Shown: in pieces, positions 24,436 to 37,333 of the stretch
How the letters are laid out: the number at the start of each line of letters is the position of its first letter
Numbering within the stretch: the first letter of the stretch is position 1
NCBI RefSeq assembly: GCF_018977255.1
Contig: NW_024704743.1
Coordinates: 66,590,001-66,654,000, forward strand
Direction: 5' to 3'
Length of the DNA stretch: 64,000 nucleotides
DNA from: Callorhinchus milii
Lineage: Eukaryota
Notes under the pieces: generated by a model
Told to the model about the DNA's origin: nothing
The model's input: only the letters and a program-made list of their open reading frames with translations
The model's database searches: none
Translations under genes and position numbers: made by a program

Positions 24436-25884
24436 GCATTCCCTCCACCAATTTAGGCCTTCTCCAAGTTTCTCAACCCCTCTTAGGCACAGTAAGTGGG
24501 AGATCTTACAGTCTTTTTACCTTTGCTCTCCAAAGCCCTCTCCCTAAATCCTTCCATCTCGCATCTCCCCTCTCTGTTTTTAAATACTATAAATCTATCT
24601 CTTTCACTGCACCTTTGGTCATCGCCCCCGTCCACTCCCCTTTGAGTTATCTTCTCACAAGACTGAAGAACTTGTCTACCCATTGCTAGATTGTATCAAA
24701 TGCAAGAATTATTATTATTATTGTTTTCATTTTGGGCATTAACACATTTTCAATCATTTTTGATTGTCAACAATCCAATGATATAATCAACATTTGGCTG
24801 TTTCTTCATATCATGGTTCTAATTCTTTAAAATTAATGTTTAAGATTCTTACTCAAAGTATGCATAATAATCCAAAGGCAAGGCCATGCAACTTTCCATC
24901 AACTAAATAATTTGAAAGTAATGGGAATTGGGGGAAAAACAAAAGGTGCATTTTGATAAAATACATATGAAATTCCATTGGGCTTTTTTTGTGGTGTAAA
25001 TATTTCCACGTTATTGGAATCAACTCTTTCATTGTTACTCATTCAAATTCAGATTTTTCGGAGATGTAACACCAGTGCTAACATGCAACTAGTTGATCCA
25101 CTAGATTTCAACAATAATAATAATAATCCTTGCAATTGATGTAGCACCTTATCACGTCTTTGAGACATCTCAAAGCGCTTCACAGAATATACTGTAAAGT
25201 GAATTGACCGTATATTTTGTGGGTAAAAAGGTACAGGCCACAGTTCAAGGAATTATCATGGTAGATTGACAGAAGATGGGATTGGTAACTTATCATTTTG
25301 TGTCAGACATTCTTTCATTTCAGCCATTGCTGCTTTCAGACATAAATATCAGTTTCCTGTAGTGTCTGTGTAGCTAGAAGCAAATCTTATCAGACATTTA
25401 TTTTCAATTTAACATAGAGGAGACTTTACACCCACTGAGGAATGACCTTGACAAGGCTTTGCAATGTAGGGAATACTAGCTCAGAGCAAATTACTAATTC
25501 ATTACAATAACTTGTATTTATATGGCGCCCTTCACACAGGGTAGCATCTCGGAGCACTTAAACAAGTTTAATACGAATGATATGTACAGCTCACAATTGG
25601 CTAGGCATTCCAGGAGGAAGGAAGGAGGAATTATGCTAAGCTTTTGTTCAAAGTACCAACTTCCAAAAGTAGCCAATATGAGGATGTGTAGGTGACTTGC
25701 ATGGGGGAACTCGTGGTTTGGTTTGGATACTTTGAAGCATGAGGATGAGTTTTTGCATGTGTCAGACCAAACAAAAAAAAGTCTGTGGTTGTCTACTTTC
25801 TTCATGGAACCCACTTCACTTTTGCTGATGTTCTGTCTCCCACCCAAAAAAACTTGGCTGCCAGACAAAATAAATCCTACCCAA

Positions 25885-26067
25885 AATAAATTGGTCACTC
25901 AACATATGACTCTTTGTGGGACACTGCTGTGCGCAATTGGCTGCTGCGTTTCGCCCACAAAATATACAGTCAATTCACTTTACAATATGTTCTGTGAAGC
26001 GCTTGAGATGTCTCAAAGACGTGATAAGGTGCTATATCAAGTGCAAAGATTATTTATATTAATATTA
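25885..26067 (+). mobile_element. Headless SINE
   Basis: SINE body and tail. Confidence 0.75.
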
Positions 26068-26625
26068 TTTCCTTTCCCCTAACTACTTCTGTGGCATCAC
26101 CTAGTGCTCCAATCAATAGTAGTTCTACAACAATCAGCAGCTAATGGTCACTTTCAACATTGACGCTGAAAATAGACAACCTTCCATCAAAGATGCAAAG
26201 AATGAACAGGCAGCTAGTGGAGGATGGCACCTGCCAGGATGCAGGAAGTTAGGGTGACATTGCTGCATTTTTGACAAAGGTCTGTAGAAACAACCCTTCT
26301 CCACCTTCTCAAAATGCAAGCTGAAGCTGATCAAGAGGGTAAACTACCTCAAATAACCAGTCTGCTCATGACTATTTCAAAATTACAGTCAATCCACTTT
26401 ACAGTATATTCCTGTTAAGCACTTTGAGATGTCTCAACAACGTGATAACATGCTATATCAAATGCAAGGATTATTATTTGTATTACAATCTCATTGAGTT
26501 GATTTAAAAGAATCTATACAGTTCAAAAACTTCAGACTTTAGAAACAGTTTGACACAACTTTTGGACTGTGTTGGAAATGTAGAAGCATCATTTTATCAA
26601 ATGTTTCAAAATGATTCACAGGATT

Positions 26626-26950
26626 TAATAATAATAATAATAATAATCCTTGCATTTGATATAGCGCTTTTCACGTCGGGAGGACGTCCCAAAGCGCTTC
26701 ACAGAACACTCTGGAAAGTGAATTGACTGTATATTTGTGGGCGAACGCGGCAGCCAATTGCGCACAGCAATGCCCCACAAACAGTCGTAGATTGAAAATG
26801 ACCAATTTATTATTGTTTTTGGTTTTGGAGGGATTATTATTAGGCGTGTGGAGTAAGGAAACTTGCCCAAGGTTTCGCCCTCTGCCTGGAATTGAACTCA
26901 GGTCTCGCTTGCAAAGCGAGTGCTCTAACCACTGAGCTACAGGACTCCAC
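26626..26950 (-). mobile_element. Young tRNA-derived SINE, full length
   Basis: Reverse complement of the consensus with a (TAT)n tail. Confidence 0.92.
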
Positions 26951-29320
26951 GAATGTCAAGTGTCAAGTGTAGTGACTGTATACGTGTAAGCAAACACGGC
27001 AGCCAATTTGCACAGCAATTTGTTGGCAGCCAATTTGCACAACAATATTTACTGGTCGGGTTGAATGTTTCCATGCTCCACCCTTGCCCACATTCACACA
27101 CTTGCTCATTGCTTGGTGATGAGAGTTTACTAATCTCACTAATCCTCAAATGCTAGGCTGTTATTAGCTGCGCTGCTTGCCATTTACTGGCAGGCTTTAA
27201 GAAAGATGTTCTTCCTTAATTAATTAAGGACCAGTGAACTGATGCCAATAAAAATTATAAACTGATACTAACTCTTTCAATGCTTAGCTTTCAGAAATTC
27301 AGGCCACAAATCATCTAACAATTTATAATATAGAATATGATTACATCTGAAAAGCGTCATGTGTAGTGCCTCAAAAACATGTGGCACTGACTCTAGCACT
27401 GAGAGACATTAAAACGTTTTCTGCTGGTTGAATGTTAATGGCTTTAAGTGACATAAAATACCAGTGAGCATTCTCAACCCATTTTATAATGGACACAAAC
27501 CCACAGTGCACAACCACCCACATAATTCAGGAGCAATTGGCACCAATTTGGAAATTTCACTCAGAGTACCACCTATAGTTTATCTGCTCCAGGCTGATTG
27601 CAAATTAGATGCTTTGGAACAAAAGGAAACCTTAAATAAAGTCCTAATTTTAATCTCTATGAAAACTTAAAATAGCTACAAAGTTCAGACTTGTAATATA
27701 ATATTAGAGAACATGACCTTTGTTTAATTAGTCAATTTGGAGTGTGATTTTCATTGTAATATACAGTATTAAGATTCTTGCCTTAACATTTCATCCAAAA
27801 GATATCAACTATGATTTGATATAAATGCTTCCCTGCTTTGAATGCAATTGTATTATGTTTTCAAGATAGCTCAATTAGTTGACAGCACTCTTAAATCATG
27901 CCTTCCCTTTGAATATCTGTTGCTCCAAGTCATAGTTATGGGCAAAATCCATATTCACCAAATATTTTGAGTGCACTTCCAACAATGCAGTGCATTCTCA
28001 GTACTGGTCTGAAATGTCAGCCTGGAATATAAGTTCATGTCCTGAGTTAAGGGTGCTTCCAATTCATTCAAACTTCCGTAAATATGTCTTTAGAAGTCAT
28101 AAAATATATGTTTTAAAGAATATGTTTAATATAATAATCCTTGCATTTTGATATATCGCCTTATAGTATTATAGCCAAGACCTAGCATTTAGGTATCACA
28201 TTATATCAGAGACCATGGTACATCAATGGCCCCAAACTCCACCTCGTCTTAGCTTGTTGTAGATAATTTTGTTTTAAGCTACAAGACTGCACAAAACTGT
28301 GCAAACGTCCTCAATTCAATCTTAATTGGGAAGCTGATTATGTTTTCAAAACTGCAGAAAGTCAGTTACCAAATTGCAACTCAGTTAGGAATCAGAGGAA
28401 CTGTCTATAATTCTGGTCAATCTTAAACTGTAAGTCAAAATGGCTAACACTAGGTAAAATTTCAGGTCTGAGAATGTTACAGTAAACGGCTTTATTTCTT
28501 TTGCATAGGAACTGAAATTCTTTTTCTGCCAAAACGAATTTGGTTGACAATGGAATTATCTAACTTTTATTTTCCTCCCTCTTCATACTAAAGATTTTAT
28601 ACTACTCTCTCCAGGCGTCCTGTACTTGTCAGCATTCCCTGGTGAAAGAGTAAGCAGGCAGGGCGTCTGTTCCCAATTCTCTGTCAACACTTTGTACTCA
28701 ATCTCTAGTACATGTGAAAGAGGGAAATGTGTCAAAATGAATTAGATAACTGTGCTGAAGGTTCAGCTAAATTACAGAAAATTTGCAGCACAGAAGGAGG
28801 CTGTTCAGCCCATCATTTCTGTGCTAGATTTCCCATTAGAGCTATTTGCGTTGATTCCCTTATCCTCCCCATACTCGCTAATATATTTTCATCAAATATT
28901 TAACCAATTTACTTGTAAATGCTATTTTGGAGTCCAATGTCCATTTGCGAATAAGAATTCCATATTCTAATAGTCCTCTGTGTTACAAAAACAATGTTAA
29001 CAATGTTAATGGTGTTAATGGTCAAATGGTATCCTCTTGTTACTGATTCCCCAGAGGAATTTGTCTTTTTCCCTTCACCCTTTCAAAACCATCCATAATT
29101 TTAATAAATCTAATTATACCACTCAAGCAGACTTTATTTCTGCTAAGTTTGTGCTCTCAATTTTGTTAATTAAATTAGAAATATTTTGCGAATAAAGCTC
29201 CAGACTTTCACGTTTTCAAGGAAAGTAAATAAGAATGTAAGTTTCACACACAACACTAAAATTAATATAAGTTGTCATATTTTAGGTACATTACTTACTT
29301 ATGAGATGGGAGTAGCACTA

Positions 29321-29910
29321 CAACAACAACAACTTGGATTTATATAGCGCCCTCCACGCCGGACGGCGTCTCAGAGCGCTTTACAGTAACAGATCCCGGG
29401 ACCGAGCCAGGGGGAGGGGGAGGAAGGTGACCAAAGGCGCGGTCGAAAAGAAAGGTCTTCAGCAGAGACCTGAAAATGGGAAGGGAGAGAGCGAGACGAA
29501 GGAAGTGAGGAAGGCAGTTCCAGAGCCTCGGGGCATAGTGGCTGAAGGCACAGCCCCCGAGGGAGGAGCAGAGGACTCGGGGGACGAGGAGGAGGCCAGA
29601 CCCGGAGGAACGGAGGCAACGGGTACTGTTTTGAGGAGCGAGGAGGTCAGATAGGTAGGGGGATGCAGAGGAGTGCAGGGACTTGAATACAAGGGTGAAG
29701 ATCTTGAAATCGATCCTCTCTGGGATAGGCAGCCAGTGCAGTCTGGCAAGGACTGGGGTGATCGGGGAGCGGAGTTTCGTACGGGTGAGAATGCGGGCGG
29801 CAGAGTTTTGAATGATCTGGATTTTATGGATGGTAGTGGATGGGAGACCGGCGAGGAGGGCGTTAGAGTAGGCCAGCCGAGAGGTGACAAAGGCATGGAC
29901 CAGGCTTTCA
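29321..29910 (-). mobile_element. Young L2 LINE 3' fragment (CpG-rich, little decay)
   Basis: Minus strand encodes L2 C-terminal motifs ([21 protein letters not shown]) and ends in the stem-loop plus (TTG)n. Confidence 0.88.
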
Positions 29911-30364
29911 GATAGATAGTTCTAACCTGTAGTTTTGCTAAAAGTTTAGTATGACAATAGAGAATTTATCAATTTACTCTTCTATTCCCTCCTCAAGTGT
30001 TCTCATTTCACTGGCAGCTCTGCCCTGACCTAATTACTTTTAATAGCAGCATTTGACACATTTAACTGTTGTTAAATGACTATCGTGAGGTCAGTGCTAT
30101 GAGGTCTGCTATACAGTACTTTTGTTTAATAACAGTTAAAGTCGAGGTGTTCGTTCAGTCTACATTGATAGTTGATAAATGGTGATCAGATATTCTAGTT
30201 GCATTATCTGGAAGATCAGAATAAATATTTAAGTCTGAGCTTTCACAATGCCTCTGTTCGGAAAACTGCTGCTCAATGTGAAACTACGTCACATAATAAC
30301 AATCCTTGCCTTTATTCCAAGGGATCTGGGATGCTAACCTACTTGAGGGGTGCAAGTTGGTGTT

Positions 30365-30570
30365 ATAATAATAATCCTTGTATATGATACAGCGCTTTTC
30401 ACGTCTTCTAGACGTCTCAAAGCGCTTTACAGAATATACTGTAAAGTGAATTGACTGTATATTTGTGGGCGAACGCGGCAGCCAATTGTGCACAGCAATG
30501 TCCCACAAACAGTCGTAGATTGAAAATGACCAATTTATTATTGTTTTGTTTTTTTGGAGGGATTATTATT
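30365..30570 (-). mobile_element. Headless young SINE
   Basis: Body and tail with the gacgtctagaagacgt loop variant. Confidence 0.88.
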
Positions 30571-31119
30571 GTTGTTGATATAGTGCCCAGAACTTTCAAC
30601 CATCTCAAAGCTCTTCATAGATAATTACTTTAAAGTGAAGTGACTATATTTCAAGACACGTTCAGCAACCAATTTGCGTATAACAATGTCCCACAAAGAG
30701 CCATGAAATAAATGATTAACGTATCTGCGAGATTGCTGGCTAGGATAACAAACAACAACAACAACAATTTGTTGTTGTTTCACGGGGGTAGCGTCCTGGA
30801 GCACTAGAAAGGTAGCGGGTATGATTCCCAGGTCTGTGCTGGGTTAACGCTTGACCTCAGTCAGAGAGGGATTACAGGCTGTACAAGTGGCCTGAGAGGA
30901 GACCATACCCCAGGATTCCTGCATTTGGTTCTCGTTGGAACACCTCAAAATCAGAAAGTAACTTAACAACTGAGCAGGTAGAGAGCATGATTACTGGCTG
31001 TGATTAATGACACAAATGTATCCTGTTAATTGAAAACAATTAAATCAGCTCCCTAAAGGATGTCACATGTAAGTATCTTGCTCTTTCTAAACCCACAATA
31101 ATATTTTAGAATGCACCAA

Positions 31120-31560
31120 CACAGTAGAACATAGGATGAAATAAGTTACAGCTGCAAAGGGTGATTTCAAGACAGATACAAGAATGTTCTTTATATAGAG
31201 GGCAATTAATGACTGGAACAGGTTGCCAGGAAGGGTGGTTAAGGCTAGGACACTGGATTCATTTAAAATGCAGCTTGATGCTGTGATGGGAAGAATGTAG
31301 GGTGAGTTTTCTTCATCATCTTGACCTCAATTGTCTTAAAAGTTCTGAAAGCTTTTGAGAGAATAGAGACAAATTATTTCCACTGTTTAGAAAATTAGTA
31401 AGAAAGGGCCACTGGCTCAACATTGTTACTGGAAGAGTTAAATGGAAGGTTGTTCCGAGTTAAATAAGTATTGTTCCCATGCAGAGTATTAGAATGAGTA
31501 TTATTGGACCATTAGCAGCTATTGAGGCTGAGATTATAACAACATTTGAAAAGAAATTTA
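31120..31560 (+). mobile_element. CR1 3' fragments, degenerate
   Basis: aattaatgactggaacaggttgcc...tcatttaaaatgcagcttgatgc, similar to 50500-50630. Confidence 0.55.
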
Positions 31561-32632
31561 AAAGCACCCATTTTCTGCACCAAACATTTATAGTTTAAGC
31601 ACAGTTTTGGTTTTGCATTGATGTCAGCTGTATCTGTGAGCTACACTTAGAAAGAGAACTGCCAAAAAAGACATGGGTAACAAAATTCAAAAACCTAACT
31701 TGCATATATAGCAGAGCAATATTTAAAAATACCAGCAATAATTTTTATCCTTAACTAAATACAGAACACTAAAATGCTTTGGGATGTATGCCGAATGAAT
31801 ATAACCGGATTTCTAAACTGCAATAGGCATGCAAAGCATCATCTCATAAGATAAATCTAGCCGAACACCAGGAATAAATGAGATGAATCTAATGAAAAAA
31901 AGGCTTGATGAAAAAAACCACAGGCCATTCACACAAGAGGGAGAACACAATGGGGAGAGAGAGAAGCCATGAGGATATTTTTGAAGCAATTGGTCACCCT
32001 TTACAAATCTATTGAATCTGTTTCAGGCTGTTACTGAATTAGTGACTCTGGGCTTCTTGGTGGTATAACTTACTCGGATTGTCAGATAAGGTATGAATAA
32101 AAATATGCATGCGAGGCTTGTGAAAAAGCTGAGACTGCAAGGAATGAAATTATCCAGCTGGTTTGAAAGCAAAATAGGGGTCAGTTTGGCTCAGTTGATA
32201 CCATTCATGTCTCTGGGTCAGACTACTCCACGTCAGGACTTGAGATTACTGTCTAGACTGACACTCTAATGAGATAGTGGTAGAACGCTGAATTGTTAGA
32301 GGTGCTGCCCTTTGCATTAGAGGTTCTATTTGCCTGCTAGGTTAAATGGACATTAAAGACTTCATAACATTGGCCCAAAGGAAATTGTCTTGGCCAAAAT
32401 CCTCCAGAAAAAAAGTAGTATTCACCTCGTGGCTGTATGTCAGACTTTCCCATATACAAACTGACTGCTGCACTTGCCTTATTAATTCACAGTCAAGATT
32501 GAGAATGTAAAGCCAGAATAACAACAAATTGCATTTATATAGTGCTTTTCATGTCAGCATTTGCATCGGGGGTTGGAATCAAGGGGAGGGGCAAAGCCAA
32601 GGGGGATAGGTGTGGGAGCATGACCACCAATG

Positions 32633-32745
32633 GTCAGAACTCTGACAAAAGGTCATCGACCGGAAATGTTAACTCACTTTCCTCTCTCCATAGATGCTAC
32701 CTGACCTGCTGACTGTTCCCAGCAACTTCTGTTTTTATTCCCTGC
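32633..32745 (+). mobile_element. Penelope terminal repeat fragment with decayed hammerhead motif
   Basis: ctgacaaaaggtcatcgaccggaaatgttaactcactttcc...gacctgctga. Confidence 0.7.
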
Positions 32746-32993
32746 AACTGATGATAGACTCACCAGCCAGCTTCAGGTCCCCACCCTATGTACCCCCATT
32801 GGGGGTGCAACTTTCAGTTTACCCGCTCGCACTCTCTGGAATTCCATCCCAGATTCCCTATGACTCATAGCTTCCCTTGATTCCTTCAAGGTCCACTCCA
32901 AGACCTTCCTCTTTCACTGCACCTTTGGTCATCTTTCCTCCCCTCCATCCATCTCGGCCTCCATCCCCTCAGCCTCCAGCTCTGGTGCAAACA

Positions 32994-33310
32994 TGGAGTC
33001 CTATAGCTCAGTGGTTAGAGCACTTGCCTTGCAAGCGAGACACCTGGGTTCAATTCCAGGCAGAGGGCAAAACCTTGGGCAAGTTTCCTTACTCCACACG
33101 CCTAATAATAATCCCTCCAAAACAAAACAATCATAAATTGGTCATTTTCAATCTACGACTGTTTGTGGGACATTGCTGTGCGCAATTGGCTGCTGCGTTT
33201 CGCCCACAAATATACAGTCAATTCACTTTACAGCATATTCTGTGAAGCGCTTTGAGACATCTAGAAGACATGAAAAGCACTATATCAAATGCAAGGATTA
33301 TTATTATTAT
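32994..33310 (+). mobile_element. Young tRNA-derived SINE, full length
   Basis: Complete head, body and tail. Confidence 0.92.
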
Positions 33311-34029
33311 ATACATGTAAATTTGTTGTGCAATGCATCATGGGGAGGTTGCAGAGCTAACAGTGTACTGGGAGATCTGCCTACGAGCATTTACTGTTAC
33401 ACCAAGTGAGGCATGGCATAGGGAATAGGTGCCAGAGATAATGTTAAGAAAGTAGGTGGAGTATCTCGTAGGGCACGAGTGGAGATTTTCCTTATTACCT
33501 TCCTGATGTTTTATTAAATGGTAATGAAACATCAAAAGCAATGAGCACTAACACTTCATGACGTTGCTCTGCTTGACTGCAGCTTTCAGATTGTGTTAAG
33601 CATGTCTAACCTTGCATTTGTGAGCTTTTGTGTGTTTTGTTGAAGTTGATAGCTAAAAAGAGGGGATCATCCAGTGGCTCACTCTGTTCCCCTCTATCAG
33701 TCACCTGTTTGTATCATATAAATCAGAACATATTCTACTGCAATATGTATTAAACAACATTTTGCCCATAAAATATACTGTCAATTCACTTTAATAATAA
33801 TAATAATCCTTGCATTTGATATAGAGCCTTATCACTTTGTCGAGATGTCTCAAAAGTGCTTCACAGAATATACTGTAAATTGAATTGACTGCATATTCTG
33901 TTGGCAAAACGCAGCAACTAATTGCGCACAGCAGTATCCCACAAACAATCATGGATTGAGTGACAAAATTATTTGGGACCCAGTGAGAAACTCCTTTCTC
34001 TTTTGGAATAGTGCCTTAGGATATTTAAA

Positions 34030-34318
34030 GCCCTACTTTCGCCTTGCCTCCTCCCTTTCCTCCTTCAAGGCCGGTCTCAAAACCTTTCTCTTTGACCGTG
34101 CCTTCAGCTCCCCTCTCGACTCTCTTCCTCCTCCTCGCTCCCTCCCTTCCCTCCCCTCACCCTGACCATTTCCCCCTCCTCTCTCCCTCCCTTCCCTTCC
34201 CTCACCCTGACCATTTCCCCCCTGCTCGGGTCATGACCCAACTGTGCAGCGCCTTGGGACGTCCTCCTGACGTGAAAGGCGCTCTATAAATGGAATCTTG
34301 TTGTTGTTGTTGTTGTTG
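34030..34318 (+). mobile_element. L2 3' end with an internal ~45-bp tandem duplication
   Basis: [16 protein letters not shown], cctcaccctgaccatttccccc present twice, stem-loop and (TTG)n. Confidence 0.85.
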
Positions 34319-34684
34319 AATAGACATTTGATCTGATCTTTCCAGAATACCAAACCTACTATCTTCCCAACACAGCGTCAACCTGTAATTCTACCATCCT
34401 AACCTTAACCACCCTTCCTGACAACAGGTTCCAGTCATTAAATAGCCTCTGGGTAAAGAAAATATTCTTGATCCTGAAATTGCCCTTTGCAACTTTAAAC
34501 TTATGGTTTCTTGTTCTACTGTTTTAGTGCATCTGAAATATTCTGACAACTTTCTACAACTGGCTTCATTTCGGGGGAGGCAAGATTCAATTCAGTGCAC
34601 TCTGTATTACTCCATCAACTTAAAATACACTGAAATAAACCTGTGGAAAACTGTGGTGCTGAACTGTGTTTGCACAGCAGTTGA

Positions 34685-35079
34685 TTCCTGTAAATTTAGT
34701 GGCTAGACCACTTGTCTCGCAAAAGAAAGGACCTGGGTTCGATTTCCAGGCTGAGCGAAACGTTGGGCAAGTTTCCTTTGTCCACAAGCCTCTGTTTACC
34801 TTGCAGTAAACCTGTTTGTTTACTGTTTACCTGTTTGTTTACTGCTGTTTACCTGTTTGTCAATTGGCGGATTGCTTTTCTGTGGTAATAATCACTTAAA
34901 AAAAAGTGGTCACTCAATCCACGATTGTTTGTGGGACACGCCTGTGTGCAATTGGCTACCATGTTTGGTCCACAAAATATACAGTCAATTCATTTCACAG
35001 TATATTCTGTGAAGTACTTTGAGACTTCTAGAAGATGTGTTAAGGTACTATACCAAATGCTAGGATTATTATTATTATT
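34685..35079 (+). mobile_element. Older long-form SINE with an internal (ctgtttac) expansion
   Basis: Degenerate head, extra internal segment and tail. Confidence 0.75.
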
Positions 35080-36509
35080 GTAATCCCACTGTCGTACATT
35101 TTCACACTGCATTCCCCCCTTTATCTGTTGCTGTTCTCCATCATAACTGTAAACACAATAACCCTCACCACCTCGAGACTGAGATGAGCTACTCAATAAC
35201 AAACAAGGGCTGAAGAGTGTCCAAGATGGTGCCCATCAGAATGTTTTCCTGAAGAAAATTGCAAATCTCTGATCGGGAATTTATAATTGTGATCCAATTG
35301 TCTTGAGCCCTTGGTTATTATAATATTTTTAAACAATCTATTATTATAAAGAAAATTAAATCACCTGTAACCAATGTATTGCTATATTTTGCCATTTTGT
35401 GATATCATCAAAGATTAATTATTAATGATATCATTTATACTGCTTATAGGTTCTTGACTGTATATTCAATATGTTTGTGATAGTTGAGCTAGTTGGGGTA
35501 ATGTATTTTCCGGTTATTATCTAAAATAGCTGAACAACACAATTTAATATGGTTGATACATTAGTTTATCCCAGGTAAAATTGGTTGTGGACTTCGTCAT
35601 GCGCTTTATGCCTGCTTTGGGACATTGTGTGGATAAATTGGCTGATATGTTTGCCTACAAAATACAGTTATTACACTTTACAGTAAATCCTTTGAAGCTC
35701 TTTTGGAACTCCTTGCATGAAAGGCACCAAGGATTATTATTACATTTTTATTCCATATAAATATTGTTCCCTGGTGGGAAAACTTTCAGAAACTTTCCCT
35801 AACCTCTGGAAATTCTTCCCACCTCCTTTCACCTTACCTCCTCCCCTCTCGGTGTTCAAAACCTATCTAGAAATGTATTCTTTTGACAACATTTTTGCCC
35901 ACGGGCCCTTCTCAGCCAATACCCTCATATCTCTCTCAGGCTCCCACTCAATATTTACAATGTGAAACATACTGTGCAGTCTAAATTGTTGGTCCTTATA
36001 AAGGAATTGTTTCGGGAATACCACAGGTATTGTGCATATCTGTGCTCCACATGAATCAGCAGCCAAGTGGCTGAATAATATTTTTCTGTCTATGATTTAA
36101 TGCTAAAATTGATATTTAACCTACAATTATGACTAAACAGTTGAATTATGTTTATAGGGGTTTATGGCTGAAATGTTAAAATTGTGTTTATGGAGGCCAA
36201 ACTGAGTAAAGTATGTCTATGAGCGTTTAGGACTGAATTATGTTGATGACTTTCTGACTGCAGTATGTAAATTATACTTATCACTGTTTATTACTAAATG
36301 TTGTAAGTGAGGTATTTTATGGGTCTGTAAGTATTTTTAAGGCTTAGAGTCTTGACATAAATAAGGATTATATGTTTCAGTGAACTCACCAAATTCTGCA
36401 ATAGATATTCTAAATTCTGAGCAATAGAACAAAATGGTATGGTATCATGAGGGTAACTACAGTCTCACAATCAATTTTGGTCAATTAATATGTGTGCCAA
36501 ACTTGCGTA

Positions 36510-37090
36510 GTCTGTAGTATTTCTGCCTCTGATTCCGAAGGTTGTACATTGTACAGCTCCTCATCAGGACTTTGAAATCATATAATCCGTGCAGTGCTGG
36601 GGATGTGCTGCATTATAGGAGGTAACTTTTAAGAGAGAAGTAGATAATTATTTGGGGAGAACAAATTTGCAGGGCTATGGGGAGAGAGCGGGCGAATGGG
36701 ATTGATTTTGATAGGCTCTTTTCAAAGAACCAGCACAGACACGATGGGCCGAATGGCCTCCTTCTGTGCTGTATAATTCTATGATTCTCTGAGGTGCCGT
36801 TCTTTGGACGAGACATTAAACCGAGGTCTTGTCTACCTGTTTAAATTATGTTAAAGATCCCGTGGCACTATTCGAAAAGAGAAGGGATGTCCTGCAACAT
36901 GGGTGCTGCACTGTTGGAAATGCTGTGCTTCGGAAGAGATGATAAGGTACTATCTGCCTGTTCAGGCACTAATAGCACTAATCAAAAAAACAGAAGGGAG
37001 CTTTTCCTGTTATCCTGGCCAACAATCTCCCAAATAAAATTGGTCATTAACTTAATGGCTGCTTGTGGAACATTGCTGTGTGCAAATTGA
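36510..37090 (+). mobile_element. Deu-domain SINE(s) interrupted by a CR1 3' end
   Basis: gacgagacattaaaccgaggtc...aaagatcccgtggcactattcgaaa. Confidence 0.7.
36624..36790 (+). mobile_element. CR1 3' end nested in a Deu SINE
   Basis: gatgggccgaatggcctccttctgtgctgtataattctatgattct, flanked by gaggt at 36619-36623 and 36791-36795. Confidence 0.8.
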
Positions 37091-37224
37091 CTACTGTATT
37101 CGCCTACAAAATACATAGTGATTGCACTATACAGTATATAATAATCCTTGCATGTGATATAGGCCTTTTCATATCAGGAGGATGTCTCAAAGTGCTTCAT
37201 TTGGTATGATGTGAAAGGTCTAAT

Positions 37225-37333
37225 GAAGTTTTGACGAAGGGTTGTGGACCTGAAACAGTGACTCACTTTTCTTTCTCCATAGATGCTGCCTGACCTGCGG
37301 AGTGTTCCCAGCGATTTCTGTTTTTGTTTTAGA
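37225..37333 (+). mobile_element. Penelope terminal repeat fragment
   Basis: ttgacgaagggttgtggacctgaaac...catagatgctgcctgacctgc. Confidence 0.7.
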
